The notes: a model not told the origin generated them from the sequence alone. A stretch of DNA of 64,000 nucleotides from an uncultured Planctomycetia bacterium (GCA_964527765.1 CAZGQR010000005.1:2402-66401), one strand, 5' to 3'; counted from the first letter of the stretch, positions 20,040 through 30,575 are shown. Made by a program: numbers and translations.

Positions 20040-20901
20040 GGTTTTTCTTAACGGAAAGTTCATGGACAGCGAAGACGCCAGGATATCCATTTTCGACCAC
20101 GGGCTCCTTTACGGCGACGGCGTATTTGAAGGGATAAGGTCGTATAGCAGAAAAGTGTTCCGGCTCAACGAGCATCTTAACCGTTTGTACGAGAGCGCCG
20201 ACGCCATAAGGCTCGAGATACCCATCAAGAAGGAGGAGTTCAGGGAGGGGATACTCAAGACCCTTAAAATGAACGATCTGGATAACGCGTATATCCGAGC
20301 GGTTGTGACCAGGGGTGTCGGTGATCTTGGCCTGGATCCGCGCAAATGCAAAGACCCGAGCATATTCATTATTACCGATAAGATCGCTCTTTATCCTAAG
20401 GATTTTTACGAGAAAGGGCTGCCCATCGTGATAGCGAAGACGCGGCGGAACCATCCCATCACGGTGGACCCGCGCATAAAATCCCTGAACTATCTGAACA
20501 ACATCCTGGGGAGGATAGACGCCATAGATGCGGGGACCGAGGAAGCGCTCATGCTCAGTCTCGACGGATATGTCGTCGAGTGCACCGGGGATAATATTTT
20601 CATCATCAAGGACCGGCAGCTCCTGACACCGCCGTCCGATCTTGGCGCGCTTGAAGGCGTGACCCAGGACGTCGTGATAGAGCTTGCAAAGAAAAGAGGC
20701 ATCTCCACGGAGTACAAGAAAATGTTCCCCGAAGAGCTCTTTGAGGCAGATGAGTGTTTTCTCACCGGGACAGCGGCCGAGATCGTGCCGGTGATCAAGA
20801 TAAACGGAAAGGAGATCGGCACGGGCAAACCGGGAGAGATCACCAGGCAGCTGCGCCGGGATTACCGGGAACTGACCGGCACGGAAGGGGCCGAGTATTA
20901 A
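20029..20901 (+). CDS. ilvE: Branched-chain amino acid aminotransferase
   Basis: DHGLLYGDGVFEGIRSY, KSLNYLNNI and FLTGTAAE motifs. Confidence 0.95.
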   Translation: MGLKVFLNGKFMDSEDARISIFDHGLLYGDGVFEGIRSYSRKVFRLNEHLNRLYESADAIRLEIPIKKEEFREGILKTLKMNDLDNAYIRAVVTRGVGDLGLDPRKCKDPSIFIITDKIALYPKDFYEKGLPIVIAKTRRNHPITVDPRIKSLNYLNNILGRIDAIDAGTEEALMLSLDGYVVECTGDNIFIIKDRQLLTPPSDLGALEGVTQDVVIELAKKRGISTEYKKMFPEELFEADECFLTGTAAEIVPVIKINGKEIGTGKPGEITRQLRRDYRELTGTEGAEY

Positions 20902-20913
20902 AGGGTGCTTGAT

Positions 20914-21435
20914 ATGAAATGCGAAGTTTGCGGAAAACGGGAAGCCACGGTTCATCTGACGGAAGTCATCAACGATAAGGTGACAAAACTCCATCTGTGC
21001 GAACAGTGCGCGAAAGCTAAAAGCGAGGAAATGCAGTCGCATTTCGGGCTGACCGATCTTTTGTCCGGCCTGATGGATTTAGGGCAGGCCGTACCGGGAG
21101 GAAAGATAAAAGAAGGCGTCAGGGTGGAGTGCCCCGTTTGCGGAATGACGTACCATGATTTTCAGAAGACGGGCAGGCTCGGGTGCGGAAAATGCTATGA
21201 GACATTCTCCGGGAACTTAAGCGACCTGTTAAGAAAGATCCACGGGTCGGACAGGCATGTCGGGAAGATGCCCTTCAAGGGAAAAGGAGTGATCAAGGAC
21301 CAGCAGGATATCCAGCGCCTGAAAAACGAACTGAACGGGCTTATTCAGGCGGAAGAGTTCGAAAAGGCCGCTTTGCTCAGGGACAGGATAAAAGAACTGG
21401 AAGAGGGGCTGAAGGACCGGGCTGAAGAATCATGA
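20914..21435 (+). CDS. mcsA: McsA (CxxC zinc motifs plus UVR domain)
   Basis: Four CxxC pairs, GRLGC..CY and EEFEKAALLRDRIK; upstream of mcsB-clpC. Confidence 0.9.
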   Translation: MKCEVCGKREATVHLTEVINDKVTKLHLCEQCAKAKSEEMQSHFGLTDLLSGLMDLGQAVPGGKIKEGVRVECPVCGMTYHDFQKTGRLGCGKCYETFSGNLSDLLRKIHGSDRHVGKMPFKGKGVIKDQQDIQRLKNELNGLIQAEEFEKAALLRDRIKELEEGLKDRAEES

Positions 21436-22484
21436 AATTGGACGACCTTATTTATTCCAGAAGCGAGTGGCTCAAGGGAGAAGGGCCGAGGTCGAATATA
21501 GCGATATCGACACGGGTGAGAATAGCCAGGAACGTGGAGGGACATGTATATTTCGACCGCGCCAACAACAAGCAACGCGAGGGAACGCTTAAAGCGGTCG
21601 CTTCGGCAGTAGCAAAAAGCAAGTTTCTCAAAAAAACCCTCTTCCTGAAGATGGAAGATATCTCCGACCTGGACAGGAGATTTTTGGTGGAGCGGCACCT
21701 CATGAGCCAGGAGCACATGCTGGATACCGCGCACAAGGGGCTTGTGATAGAAGAAAAAGAGATCGTAAGCGCCATGCTGAACGAAGAGGACCATCTGAGG
21801 CTCCAGGTGCTGCAGTCGGGATTCAATATCATGGAAGCATGGAGGATCGTGGACGACATAGATACCGAACTGGGAAAATATCTTTCGTTCGATTATTCCA
21901 ACAGGTTCGGATATCTGACATCCTGCCCGACAAATACGGGGACGGGTTTAAGGGCGTCGGTCATGCTTCACCTGTCGGCTTTGGTGATGACCGGCCAGAT
22001 AGAGAATGTGTTCGACGCGATCTCAAAACTGGGGCTTACCATGCGCGGTTTTTACGGGGAAGGCACCGAGGCGCTGGGGGATTTTTTCCAGATCTCCAAC
22101 CAGCTGGCCCTGGGGCACTCCGAAATGGATATACTCGATAACCTGGAAAGGATCATGAACAAGATCATATCGAGCGAGGAAGCCACAAGGGAAAGGCTCC
22201 TCAAGAGGAGGAAGCAGGAGATATCCGACCAGATATGCCGTTCCCACGGGACATTGAAGAGCGCCAGGATAATAACATCGAGCGAGACGATCAGGCTGCT
22301 GTCCGCCGTCCGTCTCGGAGCGGACCTGGGTTTGATAAAGGATATCGATATGGTGGGGATCAACGAGATATTGCTTCTCACGCAGCCGGCGCATCTGCAG
22401 AAGATAAACGGAAGAGAGATCGCCCCTCACGAGCGCGATATAAAACGGGCCGATCTTATACGCGAGAAACTTGAAAAGGATTGA
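21432..22484 (+). CDS. mcsB: Protein-arginine kinase McsB
   Basis: STRVRIARN, NEEDHLR and GYLTSCPTNTGTGLRASVMLHL motifs. Confidence 0.93.
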   Translation: MKLDDLIYSRSEWLKGEGPRSNIAISTRVRIARNVEGHVYFDRANNKQREGTLKAVASAVAKSKFLKKTLFLKMEDISDLDRRFLVERHLMSQEHMLDTAHKGLVIEEKEIVSAMLNEEDHLRLQVLQSGFNIMEAWRIVDDIDTELGKYLSFDYSNRFGYLTSCPTNTGTGLRASVMLHLSALVMTGQIENVFDAISKLGLTMRGFYGEGTEALGDFFQISNQLALGHSEMDILDNLERIMNKIISSEEATRERLLKRRKQEISDQICRSHGTLKSARIITSSETIRLLSAVRLGADLGLIKDIDMVGINEILLLTQPAHLQKINGREIAPHERDIKRADLIREKLEKD

Positions 22485-22501
22485 GAAATCGGGAGGAAAA
22501 G

Positions 22502-24976
22502 ATGCCAGCATTCAACAGGTTTACGGAACGGGCAAGAAAGGTGATCCTTTTGGCAAAGGAAGAGGCAAAGAGGTTCAACCACGATTATATCGGGACCGAA
22601 CATATATTACTGGGACTGGTCAAGGAAGGGGAAGGCGTCGCGGCGGCAGTACTGACCAGCCTGGGACTGGAAGCGGAAAATATACGTCTGGAAGTGGAAA
22701 AACTTGTCCAGCCGGGTCCGGCCAGGATAATGGGAGACGACATACCTTTTACCCCGAGGGCCAAGAAGGTCATTGAGCTTTCCATGGACGAGGCGCGCAG
22801 CCTCGGCCACAATTACATAGGCACCGAGCATCTCCTGCTGGGGCTTATCCGCGAAGGGGAAGGCGTAGCGAGTCAGGTGCTCTTGAATGTAGGGCTGGAC
22901 CTGAAAAGCGTGCGGGAAGAAGTGCTGAACCTCCTGGGTTCGTCCGTTCCCGGATATGCCGTCGGGCCCGGAGGGGTCAAGGCCAAAAAGAAGACCAAGA
23001 CCCCTGCGCTGGATTCCTTCGGAAGGGATCTTACCGAAATGGCGCGCCAGGACGAGCTTGATCCCGTTATAGGCAGGGAGAAGGAGATCCAGCGCGTGGT
23101 CCAGATACTGAGCCGCCGGAAAAAGAACAATCCCGTTCTGATCGGTGAAGCAGGCGTGGGAAAGACCGCTATCGTCGAAGGGCTGGCCCAAAAGATCATT
23201 TTCGGCGATATTCCCGAGTCGCTTAAGGGGAAAAGAGTGCTCATACTGGACCTGGCGATGATGATCGCCGGCACGAAATACCGGGGGCAGTTCGAGGAGC
23301 GCATAAAGGCCGTCATGAAAGAGATAAAAGATACCCCTGAGATCATTGTTTTTATCGATGAGATACACACACTGGTAGGCGCCGGGGGAGCGGAGGGGGC
23401 CATAGATGCTTCTAACATCCTGAAGCCTTCCCTGCAGCGCGGGGATATCCAGTGCATAGGCGCCACGACCCTTGATGAATACCGTAAAAATATCGAAAAA
23501 GACCCCGCGCTGGAAAGACGGTTCCAGCCGGTGACAGTCGAGCCGCCTACCGTCAAGGAGACCATCGAGATATTGAAGGGGCTCAGGGACAAGTACGAAG
23601 CTCACCACAAGGTGAAGTTCTCGGACAAGGCCCTGGAAGCCGCGGCGAAGCTGTCGGACCAGTATATCAGCGGACGGTTCCTGCCGGATAAGGCGATCGA
23701 CCTGATAGATGAAGCGGGATCGAAATCCAAGCTGTCCACGATGATGATGCCGAAAGAGCTCAAGGATATAGAAAAGATGATAGAGGAGTTCAAGCGCGAA
23801 AAAGAAGCAGCCGTCAAGAACCAGGATTTCGAGATGGCCGCCCGGTTCAGGGACTCCGAACGGAAAACCAGGCGGGAACTGGAGAAGAAACAGCAGGAAT
23901 GGAAAAGCGGACAGGTGCACCAGGAGATCGAGGTCAGTGATGAGGATATCGCGACGATAGTCTCCGACTGGACCGGGATACCGCTTGTAAAGGTCGAAGA
24001 GGGAGAATCGGAAAAATATCTCAAGCTTGAAGAGAGCCTGAAGACGCGGGTCGTGGGTCAGGACGAGGCGATAAGCGCGATAGCGCACGCGGTCCGCAGG
24101 TCGCGCGCCGGCGTAAAAGCTCCGAACCGCCCGATAGGGACGTTTATTTTTATGGGGCCGACCGGCGTGGGGAAAACCCTGCTGGGACAGAAACTCGCGG
24201 AGATCATGTTCGGGGACGCGGACGCGATCATCCAGATCGACATGTCGGAGTATATGGAGAAGTTCAACGTTTCCAGGCTTGTCGGTGCCCCTCCGGGGTA
24301 TGTCGGCTATGAAGAGGGCGGGCAGCTGACCGAAAAGGTCAGGAGAAGGCCTTACGCGGTGGTGCTTCTGGACGAGATCGAAAAAGCCCATCCGGATGTC
24401 TTCAACATCCTGCTGCAGCTTCTGGATGAAGGGCGTCTTACGGATTCATACGGCAGGAAGGTAAGCTTCAAGAATACCGTACTTATCATGACGTCCAATA
24501 TCGGGGCGAATCTGCTGAAAAAGACGGGGGCTATCGGATTCAAGACCCAGAAGGAAGAGGAGACGTACAAGGAGATGAAGGAACGGCTGCTGGAAGCCGT
24601 CAAGAAAACGTTCAAGCCCGAGTTTCTTAACAGGGTGGATGAGACCATCGTTTTCAGGCCTCTCAACAGGGACGACCTGAAACAGATCGTGGAGATAGAG
24701 TCCAGGGAGGTGCAGGAGAGACTGAGAGAGAAGAACATCGAGATAACGCTCGACAAAAAAGCGAAGGATTTTCTTATTGACAAAGGATTTGATAAGATCT
24801 TCGGGGCGCGCCCGCTCAAAAGGACCATACAGCGGTATCTGGAAAATCCCCTGGCCGAGGAGATATTGGCCGGTTCGTTCAAGACCGGGGCCAAGGTCAC
24901 GATAACATATTCCAAGGCAAAGGACGGGCTGGAATTCATAAGATCTTCGGGCAAGTCCGTAAAGAAGAAGAGTTAG
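22502..24976 (+). CDS. clpC: ATP-dependent Clp protease ATPase ClpC
   Basis: Two Clp-N repeats (HDYIGTEH/HNYIGTEH), two AAA modules (GEAGVGKT, GPTGVGKT), UVR middle domain and IGF loop. Confidence 0.96.
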   Translation: MPAFNRFTERARKVILLAKEEAKRFNHDYIGTEHILLGLVKEGEGVAAAVLTSLGLEAENIRLEVEKLVQPGPARIMGDDIPFTPRAKKVIELSMDEARSLGHNYIGTEHLLLGLIREGEGVASQVLLNVGLDLKSVREEVLNLLGSSVPGYAVGPGGVKAKKKTKTPALDSFGRDLTEMARQDELDPVIGREKEIQRVVQILSRRKKNNPVLIGEAGVGKTAIVEGLAQKIIFGDIPESLKGKRVLILDLAMMIAGTKYRGQFEERIKAVMKEIKDTPEIIVFIDEIHTLVGAGGAEGAIDASNILKPSLQRGDIQCIGATTLDEYRKNIEKDPALERRFQPVTVEPPTVKETIEILKGLRDKYEAHHKVKFSDKALEAAAKLSDQYISGRFLPDKAIDLIDEAGSKSKLSTMMMPKELKDIEKMIEEFKREKEAAVKNQDFEMAARFRDSERKTRRELEKKQQEWKSGQVHQEIEVSDEDIATIVSDWTGIPLVKVEEGESEKYLKLEESLKTRVVGQDEAISAIAHAVRRSRAGVKAPNRPIGTFIFMGPTGVGKTLLGQKLAEIMFGDADAIIQIDMSEYMEKFNVSRLVGAPPGYVGYEEGGQLTEKVRRRPYAVVLLDEIEKAHPDVFNILLQLLDEGRLTDSYGRKVSFKNTVLIMTSNIGANLLKKTGAIGFKTQKEEETYKEMKERLLEAVKKTFKPEFLNRVDETIVFRPLNRDDLKQIVEIESREVQERLREKNIEITLDKKAKDFLIDKGFDKIFGARPLKRTIQRYLENPLAEEILAGSFKTGAKVTITYSKAKDGLEFIRSSGKSVKKKS

Positions 24977-24998
24977 CGGAAGTAATTCAATAACCGGC

Positions 24999-26510
24999 AT
25001 GAGAGGATATATTTACTGGCACAGAAAGAAGCGGCTTTTAGCCGTGGCGCTGATCCTGGCGGTCTTCTGTTTTTTCAGTTTTCACAGGTCACACTGGGTG
25101 AAACAGTTCGCGGAAGACAAGGTCACGGAATTCATGGGAGAGAGGCTGACCGTAACGATCGGGAGCCTCACCGGCGGCATATTCAGGGACATGATACTGC
25201 AGAACGTGGCATTTTCCTCGGAGGGAGCAGGCGGGAAAGGGAAGGTCTTCCGGCTGGAAAGGATGGAAATATCCTATCGGATATGGGAAGTCATCATGGA
25301 GAAACTGGGCCTGGCTTCCGGCAAAGAAAGTTCGCTGAAATATGTGGGAATGTATTTCAGCGGGGAAAATCCCTTTGTGCAGGGTTTTGTCAAGCTGTAC
25401 AGGTATCCCGGAAGGGTCGAGATATTCGGGCATATATCGCCTGTATTGTTCGGAGGAGAAACAAAAAAAGGAATAAAGGGGGTTTTTCTCAAACGCGAAG
25501 ACGGCAAGTACGATTGTAAGCTTTTGTGGGACGGGAGCGTGGACATCACGGGCATACTGGATCCCTCCGGCCGGGCGATAGAGCTCGGATTCACTCCCCT
25601 ATCACAGAAAAAAGGCATCGTGAAGATCTTTGCGTCCATAGATGAAAAAGGAGAACTTCAGGCCTATTCCCGGCTGGATAAGGTAAATGTGTTCGGAACT
25701 GAGGTCATTGGGGACCTGTGGCTGTCTTACAGGGACGAGGTAATGCCGCTATTTTCGTTCAGTGCCGAGAACCTGGTTGTAAATAAACAGCCGTTCTGGG
25801 ATTTCGCGATCAAGGGCGGGGTCTCTTCCGCGGAAAAGGTCATCTTTCTTGACGACGTCAGATGGGGCGAAGGCCTCAGGCTGACGGGAAATGTCGGAAC
25901 GAGCGACCCTTATCCTGCCAGGCTGCAACTGACGATCAGGAATGTGGAGCTGGGAGAACTGGCCGGGATGCTGGGGGATGCGAAGGCGTCCCTTGCCGGC
26001 AAAGCCGAAGGGGAAATAAATTTTGACGGCCCCATAAAAACGGCCAGGATAAAAGGCAGGCTTTACATAGGCGAAGGAGTAATGGGTGAAATGGACTTTC
26101 GCTCGATGTTCGCGACGCTGAAAGGTACTCTGCCCGTGGTCCAAGTGGCCGATTCCCGGGTCATAAAAGAGGGCGGTCATATCATAGTGAGCGGTCATAT
26201 GGATTTCAGCAAGTTGCGGGATAACGGAGAGTTCGAGGACCTGGTCTTTGAAACTGACAACAGGGTCGCTGTCTGGGAAGACTGGCAGATATCCAAAGAG
26301 GAAAAATTCGGCGTGATCGAAGCCAGAAAAAACAGGATGACGTTGAGCACTTCCATGGAAGATAACAGTCTGCAGAAGAAGCCCGATGAAGAAGACCCCG
26401 CGCACAAAGAACTGGGATTCAAGTATAAGATCGATACCGCTAACAGTTTGAAGCTCGAGCTGGAAGAGGAAAAGGATTTTTTAGGACTGGAACATAAAAT
26501 AGAATTTTGA
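24999..26510 (+). CDS. Hypothetical membrane-anchored beta-rich protein, possibly AsmA/TamB-like
   Basis: 503 aa; N-terminal basic plus hydrophobic anchor; many alternating Gly/hydrophobic strands; ends ...FLGLEHKIEF; family assignment is inference. Confidence 0.6.
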   Translation: MRGYIYWHRKKRLLAVALILAVFCFFSFHRSHWVKQFAEDKVTEFMGERLTVTIGSLTGGIFRDMILQNVAFSSEGAGGKGKVFRLERMEISYRIWEVIMEKLGLASGKESSLKYVGMYFSGENPFVQGFVKLYRYPGRVEIFGHISPVLFGGETKKGIKGVFLKREDGKYDCKLLWDGSVDITGILDPSGRAIELGFTPLSQKKGIVKIFASIDEKGELQAYSRLDKVNVFGTEVIGDLWLSYRDEVMPLFSFSAENLVVNKQPFWDFAIKGGVSSAEKVIFLDDVRWGEGLRLTGNVGTSDPYPARLQLTIRNVELGELAGMLGDAKASLAGKAEGEINFDGPIKTARIKGRLYIGEGVMGEMDFRSMFATLKGTLPVVQVADSRVIKEGGHIIVSGHMDFSKLRDNGEFEDLVFETDNRVAVWEDWQISKEEKFGVIEARKNRMTLSTSMEDNSLQKKPDEEDPAHKELGFKYKIDTANSLKLELEEEKDFLGLEHKIEF

Positions 26511-26516
26511 GGAGAT

Positions 26517-27326
26517 ATGAAACTTGAACTGATCATAACTTTTGTGAAGGGAATGTTTATTTACGCCGGGAACCGGATCGTAAGGTTTTTCACTTATATC
26601 GGCGGACTGGTAATACTTTTGGTAAAGACCGTCTTCTGGGTGTTTATTCCGCCGTTGAGAAAATGGCAGATCCTGGAACAGATGAGCAGGATCGGCGTCG
26701 CCAGTTTTCCGATAATATTCCTGATAAGCCTTTTCACGGGCGTGGTCCTTGCCCTGCAGAGCGCTTACCAGATGCAGAAAGTGGCTGCGGAGATGTACAT
26801 CGCCTCGCTTGTAGCGCTTTCACTCACACGCGAGCTGGGGCCGGTCCTGACGGCTCTCATCGTTGCCGGGCGCTGCGGCGCCGCGATAACCGCGGAGCTC
26901 GGGACCATGACGGTGACGGAGCAGGTGGAAGCCCTGGAGACGCTGTCCGCCAACCCGGTGCATTACCTGGTGGTTCCCAGGTTTATCGCGCTCCTGGTGA
27001 TGGTGCCGCTTTTGACCATCTTTGCGGACTTTTTCGGGATGGTCGGGGGGTATCTGATAGGCGTGGGAAAGCTGAACATAACCCACGCCATGTATATGAA
27101 GATGACGTTCGAGCCTCTTGCCCTGAAGGATGTCACGACGGGGCTCATCAAGAGCATTTCTTTCGCGGTGATCATATGCGTGATATCCTGCTTCGAGGGC
27201 ATAAACTCGGAAGGGGGAGCCGAGGGGGTCGGCAGGGCGACGACGTCCAGTGTCGTCAGGAGTTTCATATTGATCATCGTGGCCGACTGTTTTTTCACGG
27301 CGCTTTTTTACTTTATTTTGAGATAA
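26517..27326 (+). CDS. mlaE: MlaE family ABC permease
   Basis: RELGPVLTALIVAGRCGAAITAELGTM...EQVEALE and GGAEGVGRATT motifs. Confidence 0.92.
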   Translation: MKLELIITFVKGMFIYAGNRIVRFFTYIGGLVILLVKTVFWVFIPPLRKWQILEQMSRIGVASFPIIFLISLFTGVVLALQSAYQMQKVAAEMYIASLVALSLTRELGPVLTALIVAGRCGAAITAELGTMTVTEQVEALETLSANPVHYLVVPRFIALLVMVPLLTIFADFFGMVGGYLIGVGKLNITHAMYMKMTFEPLALKDVTTGLIKSISFAVIICVISCFEGINSEGGAEGVGRATTSSVVRSFILIIVADCFFTALFYFILR

Positions 27327-27341
27327 AAGGATGTTTTTATC

Positions 27342-28097
27342 ATGATAGAACTAAAGCATGTGCACAAGTCGTTTAACGGCCACGAGGTCCTTAAGGACAT
27401 GAACCTGACGATCAATACCGGTGAATCGATGGTGATCATCGGCCGTTCCGGATGCGGGAAAAGCGTTTCGCTAAAGCATATCATAGGATTAATGAGGCCG
27501 GATTCCGGCAGCGTGATAATCGACGGAACGGACATTACCGGGCTTAACTCCAGGGAACTTAACAGGATCCGGATGAATTTCGGCATGCTTTTTCAGGGAG
27601 CGGCTCTTTTTGATTCCCTGAACGTGCTGGAGAATGTGGGCTTCAGACTTTTTGAATACACGAACATGTCCCTGGAGGAAATAAAGCGGCGCGTGGCCGA
27701 ATGTCTCGAAAAGGTGGGCTTGAGAGGCGTGGAGCGCTTAAAACCGGCGGAACTCTCGGGCGGCATGAAAAAAAGGGTAGGCCTGGCCAGGGCGATAAGC
27801 ATGTCCCCGCAGATCATATTGTTTGATGAACCGACGACGGGCGTTGACCCCATAATGGGGGATATCATAAACGAACTTATACGGTATCTGCACAACACCC
27901 TTAAAGTCACTTCCATAACCGTGACACATGACATGAAAAGCGCCTATAAGATCGCTGACCGGATCGCGATGCTATATGACAAGCGCATAATCGAAATAGG
28001 GACACCGGATGAGATAAAGAATTCCGAGAACCCTATCGTAAAGCAGTTCGTAAGCGGCAGCGCGATAGGGCCCATAACCAGGGATACCGTGGAATAG
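27342..28097 (+). CDS. mlaF: MlaF family ABC ATPase
   Basis: GRSGCGKS, LFQGAALFDSL, ELSGGMKKRVGLARA and DEPTTG motifs. Confidence 0.9.
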   Translation: MIELKHVHKSFNGHEVLKDMNLTINTGESMVIIGRSGCGKSVSLKHIIGLMRPDSGSVIIDGTDITGLNSRELNRIRMNFGMLFQGAALFDSLNVLENVGFRLFEYTNMSLEEIKRRVAECLEKVGLRGVERLKPAELSGGMKKRVGLARAISMSPQIILFDEPTTGVDPIMGDIINELIRYLHNTLKVTSITVTHDMKSAYKIADRIAMLYDKRIIEIGTPDEIKNSENPIVKQFVSGSAIGPITRDTVE

Positions 28098-28177
28098 AGA
28101 AAAGTTTCGGGCTGCGCGCCGGCGGCGCGGACCCGGAGCTTGTATTTGGCAAGCATTATAAAACAAGGAGAGGATCT

Positions 28178-28915
28178 ATGTTCAGGGACGAGAAACTTGA
28201 GATGAAGGTAGGGCTGTTCATCGGGATAGGTATTTTCCTGATGTTTTTTATCGTCTTTTCGATAAGCGATTTATACCTCTGGAAGAAGGGGTATGATATC
28301 CGCGTGATATTTGATTTTGTGAACGGGATAACCGAGGATGCTCCCGTCAGGCTGGCGGGCGTCCATGTCGGCGAGGTCAAGGATATAAAGATCTATTACG
28401 ATAAGGAGGCTGCCAGGACACGCGTCAAGCTGTACGTGTGGATCGGCGGCGACACCAGGATCGAGGAGGATGCCGTTGCCAGGATAAATACTCTGGGGTT
28501 GTTGGGAGAGCAGTATCTTGAGATATCCCCGGGGACATCGGACAGATTTCTTAAGTCCGACGATATTATCATCGGAAAGAATCCTATAAACGTCGGCCAG
28601 CAGATGGAGGGAATGAGCGAGCTCGTACAGTCCGCCAAGAGGATATTCCAGACCGCCGAGAAAGGGGAGGGGACGCTGGGAAAACTTTTGGTGGATGATA
28701 CCCTGTATAACGACCTTGCGACCATTTTCGGCAGGCTGAAGGACGGAGAGGGGACGATAGGGAAACTTCTCGTGGAAGAAAAGGTGTATGATGATCTGGA
28801 GGATTTTGTGAGCGATATCAAGGCGCATCCATGGAAGCTTTTAAGCAAACCCTCAAGGCGCGAGCGCAAAACCGACAAAGAAGAGAAACGCGGCGCGGGC
28901 ATCGAGCCGCGCTGA
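28178..28915 (+). CDS. mlaD: MlaD/MCE domain protein
   Basis: TM anchor, APVRLAGVHVGEV, GLLGEQYLEISPG and two GEGT(L/I)GKLLV repeats. Confidence 0.9.
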   Translation: MFRDEKLEMKVGLFIGIGIFLMFFIVFSISDLYLWKKGYDIRVIFDFVNGITEDAPVRLAGVHVGEVKDIKIYYDKEAARTRVKLYVWIGGDTRIEEDAVARINTLGLLGEQYLEISPGTSDRFLKSDDIIIGKNPINVGQQMEGMSELVQSAKRIFQTAEKGEGTLGKLLVDDTLYNDLATIFGRLKDGEGTIGKLLVEEKVYDDLEDFVSDIKAHPWKLLSKPSRRERKTDKEEKRGAGIEPR

Positions 28916-28978
28916 CGCATGATTTGATAAAGGTTTTTTATTTTATTGGTTTAACGGGCAGAAAGGAAGTGGATTATT

Positions 28979-30046
28979 ATGACAGTGAAGCTAATAAGGG
29001 TCTTTTTTCTGGTCTTGAGCACGACCTGCGGGTATTATATATGGCTTTTGTTGCCGAACCTGACCAGGGAAACGGCACCGGTCGGTGCCGGTATAGGGTT
29101 TGCCGCCGGACTGTTCCTGATCTGGCTGGAAGTAAAATTAAAAAGCGTATCCCTGCGTAACCTTTCGGCGGCTGCGTTCGGGCTCGTGTTCGGTTTTTTC
29201 ATGGCGTGGATGATAACCCTGATAATGAAGCTGTTCCCCATGGATGAGATGTTCTATCATGTTTTCCAGGTCGTATTTACTCTGGTTTTCTGTTACCTCG
29301 GCATGGTCATAGCCCTGAAGGGCAAAGACGAGTTCAATCTCGTAATACCGTACGTGCGTTTTTCGCGGGAAGACCGGAGAGATCAGCTGTTCCTGCTGGA
29401 TACCAGCGTTATTATAGACGGCAGGATAGCCGGCATATGCGAGACGGGCTTTCTGGAGGGGAAGATCGTGATCCCCCGTTTCGTGTTGCAGGAATTGCAG
29501 CAGATCGCGGACAGCCCGGATGACGCGAAACGCACCAGGGGACGCAGGGGGCTGGACATGCTGGACAGGCTTAAGAAGATCCAGGGGACGGAAGTAATAA
29601 TACATGAAGAGAGGCTTTCCGAGATCAAGGAAGTGGATGCCAAGCTCGTCCGCCTGGCCAAGATCCTCGACTGCCGCGTACTTACGAACGATTTCAATCT
29701 TAACAAGGTCGCCAAAATTGAAGGGGTCGGCGTACTGAATATCAATGATCTCGCAAATGCCATGCGCCCGGTAGTGTTTCCCGGAGAACATATGAACGTC
29801 CATATAAAGAAGGAAGGCAAGGAGAGGAACCAGGGCGTCGCATTCATGGATGACGGGACCATGATCGTCGTCGAGAACAGCCGGAAATTTATCGGGAGGA
29901 GCGTGAACATCTCCGTTACGAGCGTGCTGCAGACATCGGCCGGCAGGATGATATTTGCCAATCTGATGGAAAAACCCGAACAGAGAAAACAGGAACATCC
30001 GCACAGACGTCAGGATCCGGGTCAGGCGGGGAGAGATAAACGATAG
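28979..30046 (+). CDS. Membrane PIN/TRAM domain protein (YacL-like)
   Basis: Four TM segments; LDTSVIIDGRI, TNDFNLNKVA, GVAFMDDGTMIVVE and SVLQTSAGRMIFA motifs. Confidence 0.92.
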   Translation: MTVKLIRVFFLVLSTTCGYYIWLLLPNLTRETAPVGAGIGFAAGLFLIWLEVKLKSVSLRNLSAAAFGLVFGFFMAWMITLIMKLFPMDEMFYHVFQVVFTLVFCYLGMVIALKGKDEFNLVIPYVRFSREDRRDQLFLLDTSVIIDGRIAGICETGFLEGKIVIPRFVLQELQQIADSPDDAKRTRGRRGLDMLDRLKKIQGTEVIIHEERLSEIKEVDAKLVRLAKILDCRVLTNDFNLNKVAKIEGVGVLNINDLANAMRPVVFPGEHMNVHIKKEGKERNQGVAFMDDGTMIVVENSRKFIGRSVNISVTSVLQTSAGRMIFANLMEKPEQRKQEHPHRRQDPGQAGRDKR

Positions 30047-30071
30047 CCGCATCGGTAATGGATTTAATGTC

Positions 30072-30545
30072 ATGAAGATCGGAATGGGTTTCGACATACA
30101 CAGACTGGCTGAAAACAGGCCCATGGTGCTGGGAGGCGTTGACGTGCCCGGCCCCAGGGGGCCCGAGGGGCATTCCGACGGGGACGTGCTCCTTCATGCC
30201 ATCTGCGACGCGATACTGGGGGCTCTGGGTAAGGGGGACATCGGCATGAGGTTCCCCGACACGGACCCCAGGTATAAGGGCATTTCCAGCAGGGAACTTT
30301 TGCGGGACGTGGCGGGCCTCATGGACAGCGAAGGGTTCAGGGTCGGCAGCCTGGACTGCACGGTAATAGCGGAAGAGCCGAAATTAGGGCCTTATCGCGA
30401 GAAAATAACCCGCGCGATCAGCGATATCCTCAAGACTTCTCCGGAGGCCGTGAACGTGAAAGGAAAAACAGCTGAAAGGCTGGGCGTTATCGGTGAAGGA
30501 AAAGCCATGGCGGCCTATGCCGTTGTACTGCTGGACGAGAAATAA
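30072..30545 (+). CDS. ispF: 2-C-methyl-D-erythritol 2,4-cyclodiphosphate synthase
   Basis: IGMGFDIH, GHSDGDVLLHAICDAILGA and DIG..FPDTD motifs. Confidence 0.96.
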   Translation: MKIGMGFDIHRLAENRPMVLGGVDVPGPRGPEGHSDGDVLLHAICDAILGALGKGDIGMRFPDTDPRYKGISSRELLRDVAGLMDSEGFRVGSLDCTVIAEEPKLGPYREKITRAISDILKTSPEAVNVKGKTAERLGVIGEGKAMAAYAVVLLDEK

Positions 30546-30575
30546 GTTCAACGTAAAACAGTATAAGGAGAGAAA

